From Candidatus Bathyarchaeota archaeon (GTDB taxonomy: Archaea > Thermoproteota > Bathyarchaeia > Bathyarchaeales > Bathycorpusculaceae): a stretch of DNA of 64,000 bases. Within the stretch, counting starts at the first letter, position 1. Each line of letters begins with the position of its first letter. Where the stretch lies: positions 1-64,000 of the forward strand of contig CAWAKC010000001.1 of the NCBI GenBank assembly GCA_963782525.1. Reading direction: 5' to 3'. A program made the position numbers and the translations under genes. Positions 37,578 through 47,632 of the stretch are shown here, in pieces. Below the pieces are notes generated by a model. It saw only the letters and a program-made list of their open reading frames with translations. It made no database searches and was not told the origin of the DNA.

Positions 37578-38696
37578 TTATGTTGTTGGGAGGTGTTGTC
37601 CGTTGAATGTTATGGATTGTATGGTTGTTTCGTCGATTTGCACTACGTTTGAGGGTAACTTTGCATAGGAAAGTCCTGGTGCCAAGTTTTGACCATCGTG
37701 GACGACGTACCAGAGGAATTGGACGAGTGCTGTGGCTTTTTCATTTGTCATGTCAGAAAGCACGTTGAGTTCCTTGTATACAATAAGGTAAGTAAAGCTG
37801 ACGATGGGGTATGCGTTTGCGTCTGGAGCGTTAAGGAGACTTACGCTTGTCCAACTTGCGTTGCCTGCGTGGCAAGCCGTTGATGCGCCTGACTGCACGG
37901 CTAATTGCGTTGAATCAAGACTGGGCAAAACCCAGTTTCCAGAGGGATTTTGGACCGCAGCTACAGTCATGTTGTTCTCGAGTGTATAAGCTAATTCGAC
38001 ATAGCCGATAGAATATTGATTCCCCTGCACTGATGAAGCAACACCGGTATTGCCGCTTGAACCTATTCCAACTGGCCATGACACTGATTTACCCTGTCCA
38101 ACCGAGCTGTTCCAAGACGTGCTTGATGCACTAAGGTAGCTGGTAAAGATAAAAGTCGTTCCTGAACCATCAGAACGGTGAACAGAGTTAATTCCCTGTG
38201 CTGGAAGAGTAGTATTTGGATTTAGGTTTTGGATTGCGGGGTCATTCCACATTGTTATTTTGCCTTGGAAAATGTCTGCGATTATTGGACCAGTTAAATG
38301 GAGACCAGAAGATACGCCTGGCAAATTATAAGCAATTGTAACTGCACCGATAGTTTCAGGAATATGCAACGCATTGGGCACATTAGCTGCATCAGCGGAT
38401 GTAAGAGGAGCATCGGAGGCTGCAAAATCCACAGTCGCTTGCGACAACTTGTAAGCAGATATTCCACCACCGCTACCGATTGGTTGATAATTTACTTGAA
38501 CGTTGGGCTTCACGTTTGCTGTGTAGTTCGTTATCATCGAGTTAAGGAGAGGGTAGGGAAATGTTGCCCCCGCGCCCTGCAAAGTTATCGATGAAGATGA
38601 AGACGAGGGTCCTGAGAGGGAAATGTACGCCACAACTGACCCGAGAATAATTGCGATTGCCACTATTGCTATCACTACGGCATATTTAGTGTTCAT
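37578..38696 (-). CDS. pstS: Phosphate-binding protein, N-terminally anchored
   Basis: GAGATFPYP, GSGGG, RSDGSGTT and IGYVE. ATG 38696 preferred over 38804. Confidence 0.95.
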   Translation of the reverse strand: MNTKYAVVIAIVAIAIILGSVVAYISLSGPSSSSSSITLQGAGATFPYPLLNSMITNYTANVKPNVQVNYQPIGSGGGISAYKLSQATVDFAASDAPLTSADAANVPNALHIPETIGAVTIAYNLPGVSSGLHLTGPIIADIFQGKITMWNDPAIQNLNPNTTLPAQGINSVHRSDGSGTTFIFTSYLSASSTSWNSSVGQGKSVSWPVGIGSSGNTGVASSVQGNQYSIGYVELAYTLENNMTVAAVQNPSGNWVLPSLDSTQLAVQSGASTACHAGNASWTSVSLLNAPDANAYPIVSFTYLIVYKELNVLSDMTNEKATALVQFLWYVVHDGQNLAPGLSYAKLPSNVVQIDETTIQSITFNGQHLPTT

Positions 38697-38792
38697 ATTT
38701 TTTATCCTCGTTTTTGTATAACTAACTAATGTACAGTGGTTATATAGTAAATCTCCATAAAATTTATAGACTATATAGAGATACCTAATATA

Positions 38793-39878
38793 ATGACAAC
38801 CCATAAAAAGAGTTACTTGGAGTCAAGCGTGTCAAAAGAACCAGAAAAAGTAAGCGAAGAGCAACGTAAACTTCAGGTAACCGGCGGCTCAACATTCATA
38901 CTTTCCTTACCTAAAGATTGGGCAACCAAAAATGAACTCAAACGCGGAAGTGCAATGATTGTCCGCGAAGAAGAGAACGGCTCACTATCGATCGCCCCGT
39001 CAAGTTTTCCCAAACAAGAAAAACAAGACGAAGCATTCATCAAAGCATCAATAAACGATAATCCTGATGCAGTCATGAGAACAGCAATATCCGCCTATTT
39101 GAGCGGCTTCAACGTTCTCCACATCAGAGCACAAGGACAAAAAGTGCTTTCCTCAAAACTTAGAAACCACCTCAAAAGCTTTGCCAGAAACTACTTAGTC
39201 GGAACAGAAATCGTAATCGACACTCCAGCCGAATTAACCCTACAGGTCTTACTAAACTATCCTGAACTTACCGTTCAAAACGCATTAAGCAGGATGGGAA
39301 TAATCGCTTCATCCATGCATAAAGAAGCCATCGCAGCACTAAAAAAACTCGATTATCCCAGTGCTAAAGCTGTAATAGAAACTGACCGTGAAGTAAACCG
39401 CTTCAGCCTCTACATTGTAAGGCTTCTGAAATTGGCTGTTTCAAACCAGAGAGTCGTCAAAGAAATCGGTTTAACTAACCAAAAAGAATGCCTAGGCTAC
39501 CGACTCATAACAAAAGCCGTTGAAAGAACCGCTGATCACGCAACAAAAATGGCAGAAAATACCCTGCAACTAAAAGAACCCGTAAATGAAGACCTTTTAG
39601 AAAAGATAAGCGAGCTGAGCGGTTTAGCTATTTCAATGTTTGAAAGTTCCATGGAAGCGTTATTTAAGCACGATTTTAACTTGGCTGAAAGCGTGATCGA
39701 AAAACTAAGCCAAATTCATAAGGTTGAGAAGGAAGCTGTTTTGTGTTCGCAGACGGCTAAGGTTGAAGAAATCGTTAACTTGAGACTGCTGATTGAGAGC
39801 GTTAGACGAACCGCAGAATATGCCAGCGACATTTCAGAAGTTGTTTTAAACTTGAATGTCGAATCGGTCCTGAGTTAA
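38793..39878 (+). CDS. Archaeal phosphate-uptake regulator (AbrB N-domain + PhoU repeats)
   Basis: RKLQVTGGSTFILSLPKDW, DREVNRF, ERTADHA and RRTAEYASDI; divergent from pstS. The true start may be TTG 38817 or GTG 38829. Confidence 0.9.
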   Translation: MTTHKKSYLESSVSKEPEKVSEEQRKLQVTGGSTFILSLPKDWATKNELKRGSAMIVREEENGSLSIAPSSFPKQEKQDEAFIKASINDNPDAVMRTAISAYLSGFNVLHIRAQGQKVLSSKLRNHLKSFARNYLVGTEIVIDTPAELTLQVLLNYPELTVQNALSRMGIIASSMHKEAIAALKKLDYPSAKAVIETDREVNRFSLYIVRLLKLAVSNQRVVKEIGLTNQKECLGYRLITKAVERTADHATKMAENTLQLKEPVNEDLLEKISELSGLAISMFESSMEALFKHDFNLAESVIEKLSQIHKVEKEAVLCSQTAKVEEIVNLRLLIESVRRTAEYASDISEVVLNLNVESVLS

Positions 39879-40063
39879 CCTAAGATTTTTTTCTTTTGTC
39901 AACTTTTTGCTTTTGAATTCAAAAAAATGCTCGTACGGACCTCCCTCGATAGCGGTACGGCAATAATTGGAAATATGTCCTAAAGAAACTTGATTCAAGG
40001 AACTTAATGATGAAAAACGCAAAATTTTTTTGTTGCAGAAAAATAAAAAGTGGGGTAGATTGT

Positions 40064-41332
40064 TTAGGTTGTTGGCAATGTTTGCCCGTTGAAGGTTATT
40101 GATTGAATGGTTGCTTCATCGATTGTTACGACGTTTGCTGGTAGCTGTGCGTATGCTTGTGCTGGTGCTTGGTCTTGGCCGCCGTGTACCATGTACCATA
40201 GGAATTGTACTAGTCCTGTAGCGTCACTTTGAGTCATGCCTGGAATCACATTGAGTTCTTTGTAAACAATTGTGTAGCTGAAGCTAACTATTGGGTAAGC
40301 GGTTGCTTCTGGTGCGTTGAGTATGTTTACGTTTGACCAGCTTGCGCTTCCTGCTGGTAACCCTGCTGAAGCGACTGATTGACCGGCAACTGTTGTTGAT
40401 TGTAGGGAGGGCAAGATGAAGTTTCCTGAGGGGTTCTGTACTGCTGCAACTGTCATGCTGTTTTGCAATGCATATGCCAATTCAACGTAGCCTATTGCAT
40501 ATGGTTGTCCGTGAACTAATGACGCAACGCCTGTGTTACCGTTGGAACCAAGCCCTGTTGGCCATGAAACTGCTTTGCCTTGACCAACTGAGGTGTTCCA
40601 GGCTGAACTTGAGAGGCTAAGGTATCCAGTGAAAACAAATGATGTTCCTGAGCTGTCTGAGCGGTGAACTACCACTATGGATTTTGCTGGAAGAGTCACG
40701 TTAGAATTTAAGGCTGCAATTGCTGGGTCATTCCATACTGTTATGGTGCCTTGGTATATGTCTGCGATGATTTTGCCTGTTAAGTGAAGGCCTGAAGCGA
40801 TTCCTGGTAGGTTGTATGCGATGGTTACTGAGCCGATGGTTTCTGGAATATGCAGTGCGTTGGGTATGTTTGCCGCGTCAGTTGCGCTTAAGGGTGCATC
40901 TGAGCATCCGAAGTCAACTGTTTTTTGGGTTAGCGCTGAGATTCCGCCGCCGCTGCCGATGGATTGGTAGTTTACTTGTACGTTCGGTTTTGCATGTGTG
41001 TAATTGATTATCATGGCGTTAAGTAATGGGTATGGGAATGTTGCTCCTGCACCAGTCAAAGATACTGGCGCTGGGGTTGGGGTTGGACTGGGCGATGCTG
41101 TTGGTCCCGCTGGGGGAGTTGGGGAAGCTGTCGGGTGAGTGGTTGGGCTTGTGGTAGGTGCTAGTGTTGGTACAGAAGTTGGGCTAGCCGTTGGCGCGGT
41201 AGTGGGTGCTGGGGTTGGCGTTGGTGTGGGCTGTGTGCCTGTATTTGAACCTAAATAAGTGTAAGCTGCTACTGAGCCAATTATTATGGCGATTACAACT
41301 ATTGCTATTGCGATTGAATATGTTGCTTTCAT
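40064..41332 (-). CDS. pstS: Second phosphate-binding protein with a Pro/Thr-rich linker
   Basis: Same motifs as the first pstS (GAGATFPYP, RSDSSGTS) plus a PT-rich stalk of about 55 aa. Confidence 0.95.
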   Translation of the reverse strand: MKATYSIAIAIVVIAIIIGSVAAYTYLGSNTGTQPTPTPTPAPTTAPTASPTSVPTLAPTTSPTTHPTASPTPPAGPTASPSPTPTPAPVSLTGAGATFPYPLLNAMIINYTHAKPNVQVNYQSIGSGGGISALTQKTVDFGCSDAPLSATDAANIPNALHIPETIGSVTIAYNLPGIASGLHLTGKIIADIYQGTITVWNDPAIAALNSNVTLPAKSIVVVHRSDSSGTSFVFTGYLSLSSSAWNTSVGQGKAVSWPTGLGSNGNTGVASLVHGQPYAIGYVELAYALQNSMTVAAVQNPSGNFILPSLQSTTVAGQSVASAGLPAGSASWSNVNILNAPEATAYPIVSFSYTIVYKELNVIPGMTQSDATGLVQFLWYMVHGGQDQAPAQAYAQLPANVVTIDEATIQSITFNGQTLPTT

Positions 41333-41546
41333 ATTTTTTCCCGTTTGTACTTATAGAAAACTGGGTAATATGGTCGCCCAACATAGATTACAAAAGCAAT
41401 ATAGTGCACAATAGTTTAATATAGAATAAATAGAAAAGTGGAATTGATGAATCAAAACAAACACAAATTATAAATTTATAATAAATATAAAAAAAAAACA
41501 AAAAAGCTCTTTCAGTTTTAGGGACCAAGCAGTTTATGCTGCCAAA

Positions 41547-41732
41547 TCATTGAAACGCTGGAATAAAACAAACAACTTCAGGACTCTGATTTATACTGGC
41601 ATTGTCAATTAAGTGTGCTGTACCATCTGGACAGTAGACTTTGTCGCCTTTTTGGGCTTTTTGGTAGCGTTTGTTGCATTCTTTAAGTTTAGAGCAGCCA
41701 TCACAATCTCGCGATAACATTCTTCTATTCAC
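41547..41732 (-). CDS. Small Cys-containing hypothetical protein
   Basis: CDGC....C...YCPDG..H; GTG start directly after GGAGAA. Confidence 0.6.
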   Translation of the reverse strand: MNRRMLSRDCDGCSKLKECNKRYQKAQKGDKVYCPDGTAHLIDNASINQSPEVVCFIPAFQ

Positions 41733-41882
41733 TTCTCCACTTATTCAACATTAACGTAGGCAATCGTACCTATAGAGATGTCCGCTATAATCTATATAGA
41801 AAAAATAGGTTAGGTACTGAAAAACAGCTAAAATGCACGGGAACCTTTAAGAAACCAGCAAAACACTCAACAAAAGACACAA

Positions 41883-42539
41883 ATGAACCAGAAAAGGTGG
41901 AAAGCAAAGGGCATTTTCCTAGATTTAGACGGTACAATCGTAGACTCCACAGGTGCCTACCTCGAAGCCGCCAGAATCGCTTTCCAAGTCATCGAAAAAA
42001 ACCCACCTGAGAAAGAAAGCCTACTTGAAATTCCCAGAAGAATCGAGCAGCGCCTTACAATCGACGACTTAACTGGAGGAAACTCAAAAGAGTTTATGTC
42101 GGTCTATTTGAAGGCGTACTATTCTGTTACTGAAGCACAAACAAAGCTTATACCTAACGTTTCCGAAGCACTGCAAACATTGTCAACAAGGGCTAAGCTG
42201 GCGTTGATAACCATGCGGCATTGCCCAAATCAAGTCATTCAAAAAGAACTTGACTACTTGGGCATTGCCAAATACTTCACCCACATCGTAACCGCAATGG
42301 ACACCACTAAACCTAAGCCATCACCTGAGGCTTTAATCAGATGCATTGAAGCTTTGGATCTTGAAATGTGCGATTGCATCATCGCGGGTGACTCAGTTAA
42401 TGATGTGCGTGCGGGAAAAGCTGCTGGTGCAAGGACAGTTGCAGTGCTTTCGGGACTGTATAAACGTGATGAACTTGCCAGAGAATGCCCAGATTTGATA
42501 TTGCCCGATGTTACTTTGCTTCCAGAGTTCATGGAGTAA
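41883..42539 (+). CDS. HAD-superfamily hydrolase (phosphoglycolate phosphatase-like)
   Basis: DLDGTIVDS, KPKPSPE and GDSVNDVRAGKAAG. Confidence 0.92.
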   Translation: MNQKRWKAKGIFLDLDGTIVDSTGAYLEAARIAFQVIEKNPPEKESLLEIPRRIEQRLTIDDLTGGNSKEFMSVYLKAYYSVTEAQTKLIPNVSEALQTLSTRAKLALITMRHCPNQVIQKELDYLGIAKYFTHIVTAMDTTKPKPSPEALIRCIEALDLEMCDCIIAGDSVNDVRAGKAAGARTVAVLSGLYKRDELARECPDLILPDVTLLPEFME

Positions 42540-42640
42540 GCAGTTTTATTCTATATCCGAGTTCGACATATTGCTAGAACCTGCCTAAGCCAGTTATATG
42601 CCGCCGAAAAAATAAGGTTTAATTAAAACCTCAATCTTTA

Positions 42641-43336
42641 GTGAATATGGAGAGGGCTTCAGCGGGAGTAATCATGAACTTTGTAGAGATTATGTTAGGG
42701 GAGAAATTGAAGGATGCGGATCCAGCGCTCGACATAATGGGCTCGGACCGCAAGGTTTTGCAGGTTGCTTGTCAAGACTTCACTAATTACCTCAAATTTC
42801 ATTGGAACCTGATTGGAAAAGAGGCAAACCAATGCGAACTCGTAGAGCGGCTAGAGAAGCTGTTTAAAGAAGACTCCGATGAACTGGATGCTTTTCTAAC
42901 AGTTTGGACGGGCATCTGGTTTAAGAAATGGAAAGAACGAGTCAAACTACTCATTGGAAACCAGAATGCAAACAAATGGAACAAAATGTCCAAAACACTT
43001 GCCGACGTCGAACCCATATGGCAAAAAACCGAGCACAAACAGGAACTCCAAGAAATCGTCGTCTCCACCCTCATAAAGAACGGCGAAATTTGCGGCACGG
43101 AAATCTTGGCTGAGAACCTCTTAAAGATGGAGCTCGGAGAGAAAAACCTCGAAAACGTCAATGACAAAGAGAGAATCTTCATAACAATAAACAATTCATT
43201 GCGTAAAGCTCGAGAAATGGCGCAGAGTCGGGGTCCACTTATTTTTGTCAAAATCGACAAAGGCTACTATAACGCGTATAGATCGACTATAAATTCCAAA
43301 TTTTTGCTTTTTAAGTTTTTTTGGAATCACTTTTAA
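42641..43336 (+). CDS. Hypothetical protein
   Basis: Long ORF with helical, charged composition; the C-terminal end may run on past the true stop. Confidence 0.75.
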   Translation: MNMERASAGVIMNFVEIMLGEKLKDADPALDIMGSDRKVLQVACQDFTNYLKFHWNLIGKEANQCELVERLEKLFKEDSDELDAFLTVWTGIWFKKWKERVKLLIGNQNANKWNKMSKTLADVEPIWQKTEHKQELQEIVVSTLIKNGEICGTEILAENLLKMELGEKNLENVNDKERIFITINNSLRKAREMAQSRGPLIFVKIDKGYYNAYRSTINSKFLLFKFFWNHF

Positions 43337-43416
43337 ACCCTAAATTCCATGTCAGTGTAATACATAAAATAATCAATTTTGAAAAAGTTAAAATTAGAAA
43401 ATAAAAGTTGGACGAT

Positions 43417-43605
43417 TTAGCAGACTCTTACTCTTTGCAGAGACTTAGTCATCCATTTGTAATGACGCATGGTTTTTTGTTCGCCAAAGCCGCATGCCGC
43501 GCAACGTTTATGTCGCACGTGGTATGCGCGTCTTCCGCAGCGCCTACACATAATGTGGACAGTTTTGCCCTGGCGCTTACCCATTGATGGAGTGCCTTTA
43601 CCCAT
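43417..43605 (-). CDS. rpl37e: 50S ribosomal protein L37e
   Basis: [24 protein letters not shown]...CAACGFG. Confidence 0.97.
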   Translation of the reverse strand: MGKGTPSMGKRQGKTVHIMCRRCGRRAYHVRHKRCAACGFGEQKTMRHYKWMTKSLQRVRVC

Positions 43606-43610
43606 TCAAC

Positions 43611-43838
43611 TCACCTGGGTGGAGGCGAAATAAGGACTACGTTGTCTCCGCGAACGATGATTAGTCCCAGTTTCTTTTGTTCTTCAACAACTGTGGTATC
43701 TTCTGTCTCTTCTAGAACAAGGTTTAAGTGTTGATCGAAACCCTTCAGCCTGCCTCTGAGGCTTTTGCCGCCTTTTAAGCGTACAAGCACGATTTTGCTG
43801 AGGTTTTGTTCAAGGATTTCGGTTGTCATTTCGCTCAT
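43611..43838 (-). CDS. Sm-like (Lsm/SmAP1) RNA-binding protein
   Basis: Sm1 GRLKGFDQHLNLVL and Sm2 IVRGDNVVLISP; canonical linkage to rpl37e. Confidence 0.95.
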   Translation of the reverse strand: MSEMTTEILEQNLSKIVLVRLKGGKSLRGRLKGFDQHLNLVLEETEDTTVVEEQKKLGLIIVRGDNVVLISPPPR

Positions 43839-43990
43839 ATTGGAATCCTCAAGTATCTTTATGTCTTCTATACTTTATCTCTCTCCATTTAAACCTATCT
43901 CAAGGACTCAGGAAAAGAATTGACTATGTGGAAATGTTTGATGATTTCTCTATCAGCACCTATTCTCGGTAACTCCAAAAGAAACTCAAA

Positions 43991-44036
43991 AGAAGTAGTA
44001 GTCGAAGCGTTTTTTTCCTCTTCGTCGACTACTTCT
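43991..44036. repeat. 17-bp imperfect inverted repeat (hairpin)
   Basis: AGAAGTAGTAGTCGAAG ... CTTCGTCGACTACTTCT, 15 of 17 bases paired, 12-nt loop. Confidence 0.7.
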
Positions 44037-44611
44037 AAACCTCAAAATTGAGGGCCCGAGTAACCTAATCTTAGTTTCTGTTCATTATCAAAAGAAAAGG
44101 GTTTTTCTTAGCCTTACAAGATCATTTCTTTAATCTTTTTTAAGTTTAAAAAAATAGATTACGGCAGCCCTTTCGGCCGTGCCAAAAACAAGTCAAAAAT
44201 CAAGACACGAAGACCTCCCAAGAAACTAAACCAGTGTTTCAAATGCGTCAGAGTGGGCGACGCAATGACTAAGCATTCACTCGCAGGCGAACATAAACCT
44301 CCATACATATAGCTGTGCATCCAACCCTGCCATGACGAAGCGCCCTTTTTTTGGTGCTCCCCAAACTGCGGCAAATGGAACTACATCAAAACCGAATAAA
44401 AGTACAAATAGCCTCAGAAAATCAAGAACCCAACGTTCAAGTTTTCATACCCACATATTGAAATATGAATCGTTACTCGTAGGATGCACCGCGTTTTATG
44501 TTAATGGGCTGGTACATGAAATTTATTGTTGCAAAAACAACAACCGCCAGTCTTCTCAAGATGCCAGGGGTATATTGTAAAACTATATAGCCTACTCTCG
44601 CCAAAATTTGC

Positions 44612-46136
44612 TTGGTTTCAAACATGCGAAGACTTTCACGAATGGTGAACATGCTCTGCGTGTTAGGTCTAATTTTTGGTTCAGTTGCAGGAATTCCACT
44701 GTCAAGCAGTGCTTTTGAGTCAACTGCTGTGGATGATGGCTTTACTGTTCCTCTGGAGCTTTGGAATTTTACGGTTCCTAATGCTACCGATTCAACAGTT
44801 GGAATCCAGTTGTCAAGACCGGTGGTTGCCGAGGGCGTTGTCTACATACGAGAACTTGACGTCCACACAATATCAGATCCTAATTACCACGATGAATTCG
44901 GATTTGGTCCGCCCCAAAGAACCATACTAACCCTCTATGCATTGAATGCCGCTACTGGGGCTAAACTGTGGAATTACACAACGACCTATTTGGATTACGG
45001 TTTAACAAACCCAATCGTTGCCAACGGCGTTGTCTACATGGCTACTTCAAATACTAATGGAAACGTGTATGCTCTAAGTGCTCTGACGGGCGCTTTACTT
45101 TGGAACCACACAACCCGTACACCGATGTATACTACCTTATCCGTTGTGAATAACAAAATATTTTTCTCCGGAATTGACGTGGGAATTGACCAAGGTTTCA
45201 ATATGTACGTTTGCCGCGCTGAACACATTAAATGGTGAAGAACTTTGGCGTTATTATGTTGGCTATGGAGACTCACCGTTCCCTGTTGCTGCCGATAGCG
45301 TGGTCTATTTTGGGGCAAACAAAGTCTTCTACGCCCTAAATGCGGATAACGGTGAGGTGCTCTGGAATCAATCAATTGGCCCCAATATAGTAGCATCGCC
45401 CACCGTTGCGAACGGTGTCATTTATGTATCCTCAAACAACTACGAGGGTAACAGCAACGTTTACGCGCTAAGCGTTGTGGATGGGCATAAAATTTGGATT
45501 AAACCTGTTTCCAACGAGTCGTTAACAGCCCCCACGGTTAACAACGGTGTGGTTTATTTTGGCTCTGGCAACTACTGTTATGCACTAAACGCTGCAAATG
45601 GCGTTAACCTGTGGAAATATCAAACAAATGATCTTTTGGTAGCCTATCCAAACATAGAATCACCCATCGTATCTGGCAAAGTGGTTTATTTTCGCTCAGG
45701 CGATACCATCTATGCCCTAGATGTTGCAAATGGTGAAAAATTTTGGAGCCATACCACCCCCCACACAGCACCACCAATCGTAACGAAAGATACATTGTAC
45801 TTTGCATCCAGCAACACAGTCTATGCCTTGCAGCTTCCAACAGATCCCATACCAGCAAACCCCACTGTCATGCCCACTCCAACTGCTACTCCAGAAACTT
45901 CGAGTAAAGAACCACCGCAAAATCAATGGCCTATCGTTTTGGCGATTATCGCTATAACTGTTGGAATGATTGTTCTCGTCGTTTTAAAGAAGATTCAGAT
46001 GAAGAAAAAGCCAGAACTACCGCTAAGGCAAAAAAATAACTGGCAAAAAAACGCTTACAATTCCAGCCCAATAAAGGCTTTTGGGCTTAACTATTTTATA
46101 TATTCTAGCTACAAGCAACATTTAATGATGCGTTAA
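44612..46136 (+). CDS. PQQ-like (BamB-type) beta-propeller surface protein, apparent +1 frameshift near 45211
   Basis: Repeats P.VANGVVY...YALNA..G..LW occur in both ORFs; signal peptide in the first, PT stalk and TM in the second. Span 1525 nt (3n+1). Confidence 0.85.
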
Positions 46137-46177
46137 ATAAACTACCATAGAAATAGTAACAGCGACGGTATTCAAAA

Positions 46178-47212
46178 ATGCGCAAGCTAACTACGTTGAT
46201 TCTAATTGCAGTTATTGTGTCGCTTGTACTCAGTAGCGTTTTGTTTTTGTTCATCAATTATCATCCTTCGAGCTACGACTCGGGGTCCCAGCCGTCTAAG
46301 GAGTATCCCCAAATTTACATACGCTCCAATGGTAACATCGAAACAAATGGTGCCAATTCCTCAGCTATACCAATCAGCCGCAACGGCAACGTTTACACCC
46401 TAAACGCAGCCATGGAATTAGAAAACATGACTATCGAAAAAAGCAACATAGTGCTCGACGGCAACTACGTCCCAATTCAAATAGTAGGACCAGGCGGTTA
46501 CAAACATGGACCGACATTAGCGTACATCAACGTTGTAGGCGCAGAAAATGTTACTCTTCGCAATCTAAACGTTCCCCTGTTCCAGTTGCTGTTTCAAGGC
46601 TGTTTGCACTGCCAGGCATTGAATAGTAACTTTGTTTCAATCATAATGAATAACAGCAGAGCCATCTCAGTTTCTGAAAACAACGTTTGGTATGGCGCAA
46701 CAGTAGACTTGACGAATTCAAGTGATTGCACTGTATCCAACAGCACGGTACAGGGCTTTGGTCTAAAGAACGCTTATAATAACAGTTTGCTCAACAACAA
46801 CATGAGCGTAGTAAAACAGCTTGCAATAAGTATGGTTGATTCAAGCAGTAACCTGTTTTTCGGCAACAGGATCGAGAGGTCAATAAAACTGGTGGAGCTC
46901 ACAGGCAACTCGGGCAACAATCTATTTGTTGGGAACTTTGTACAGGGCTCTTTCAACTTGGACCCCACCATCAACTGCTCAGGAACAAACACGTTCTACC
47001 ACAACAACTTTGTTTACGTCTACTGGAACCAAACTTTACCTTCAACGCATAACAATTGGGACGGTAATTACTGGAATATCTACCAAGGCAAAGACAATAA
47101 TGGCGATGGAATAGGCGATTCTCCGCATCTTATTGACGCCAACAATCGAGATAACCATCCATTGATGACCCCAATTGACCTAAAATCAGAACCCCAACCA
47201 ACAATACCTTAA
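46178..47212 (+). CDS. Membrane-anchored right-handed beta-helix (NosD/CASH-like) protein
   Basis: N-terminal TM, IYIRSNG, IVLDGN, Asn-rich repeats and GNYW...DGIGDSP...DNHPLM. Confidence 0.85.
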   Translation: MRKLTTLILIAVIVSLVLSSVLFLFINYHPSSYDSGSQPSKEYPQIYIRSNGNIETNGANSSAIPISRNGNVYTLNAAMELENMTIEKSNIVLDGNYVPIQIVGPGGYKHGPTLAYINVVGAENVTLRNLNVPLFQLLFQGCLHCQALNSNFVSIIMNNSRAISVSENNVWYGATVDLTNSSDCTVSNSTVQGFGLKNAYNNSLLNNNMSVVKQLAISMVDSSSNLFFGNRIERSIKLVELTGNSGNNLFVGNFVQGSFNLDPTINCSGTNTFYHNNFVYVYWNQTLPSTHNNWDGNYWNIYQGKDNNGDGIGDSPHLIDANNRDNHPLMTPIDLKSEPQPTIP

Positions 47213-47632
47213 CTAATCTTTCAAGAATGTGGTAGGGCTGAGTGCTTGAATAGAAAATTACAATCATGCAACCTTGCAGAACACTTTATGCCGCCTTCCA
47301 TTTAGGTATCAACGCCTTACCACATACAAAAACGGCTTTTCTTCTTGGGAAAGCATCAGTTGTTAGGGGCGAAGATAGGGAGGGGAAATATGATGAGCCT
47401 TCAAGAGGGTCCTCGATGAATTTAGGGGATTTACCTTCTTTGGCTCTGATGATCGTTGGCTCTACCTTAAATCTGGCAATCCGAACCTTTGCGAGAACTG
47501 TTTTGGTCCACTCATTGGCAGTTCAGTTGCTCCAGGCTTGGTTTTCGGTGAAGGCCCAACGTAAGTGGCAAGAGCCCAAAGTCGTCATACAAGACGCTAT
47601 CACAAAAATCTGCACTTAACCCTTCTTTTCTT

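Noticed and set aside
41060-41240. G-rich repeat tract in the second pstS
   Set aside because: It is explained by the Pro/Thr linker codons on the minus strand.
44051-44075. GGGCCCG as a tRNA 5' end
   Set aside because: No D-arm, anticodon arm or T-loop follows; I found no tRNA or rRNA gene anywhere in the window.
47266-47619. ORF 47266-47619 and a coding-like minus-strand fragment (HLRWAFTENQAWS...EDPLEG)
   Set aside because: The plus ORF lacks features; the minus fragment has an internal stop and no start, so it is at most an unidentifiable remnant.
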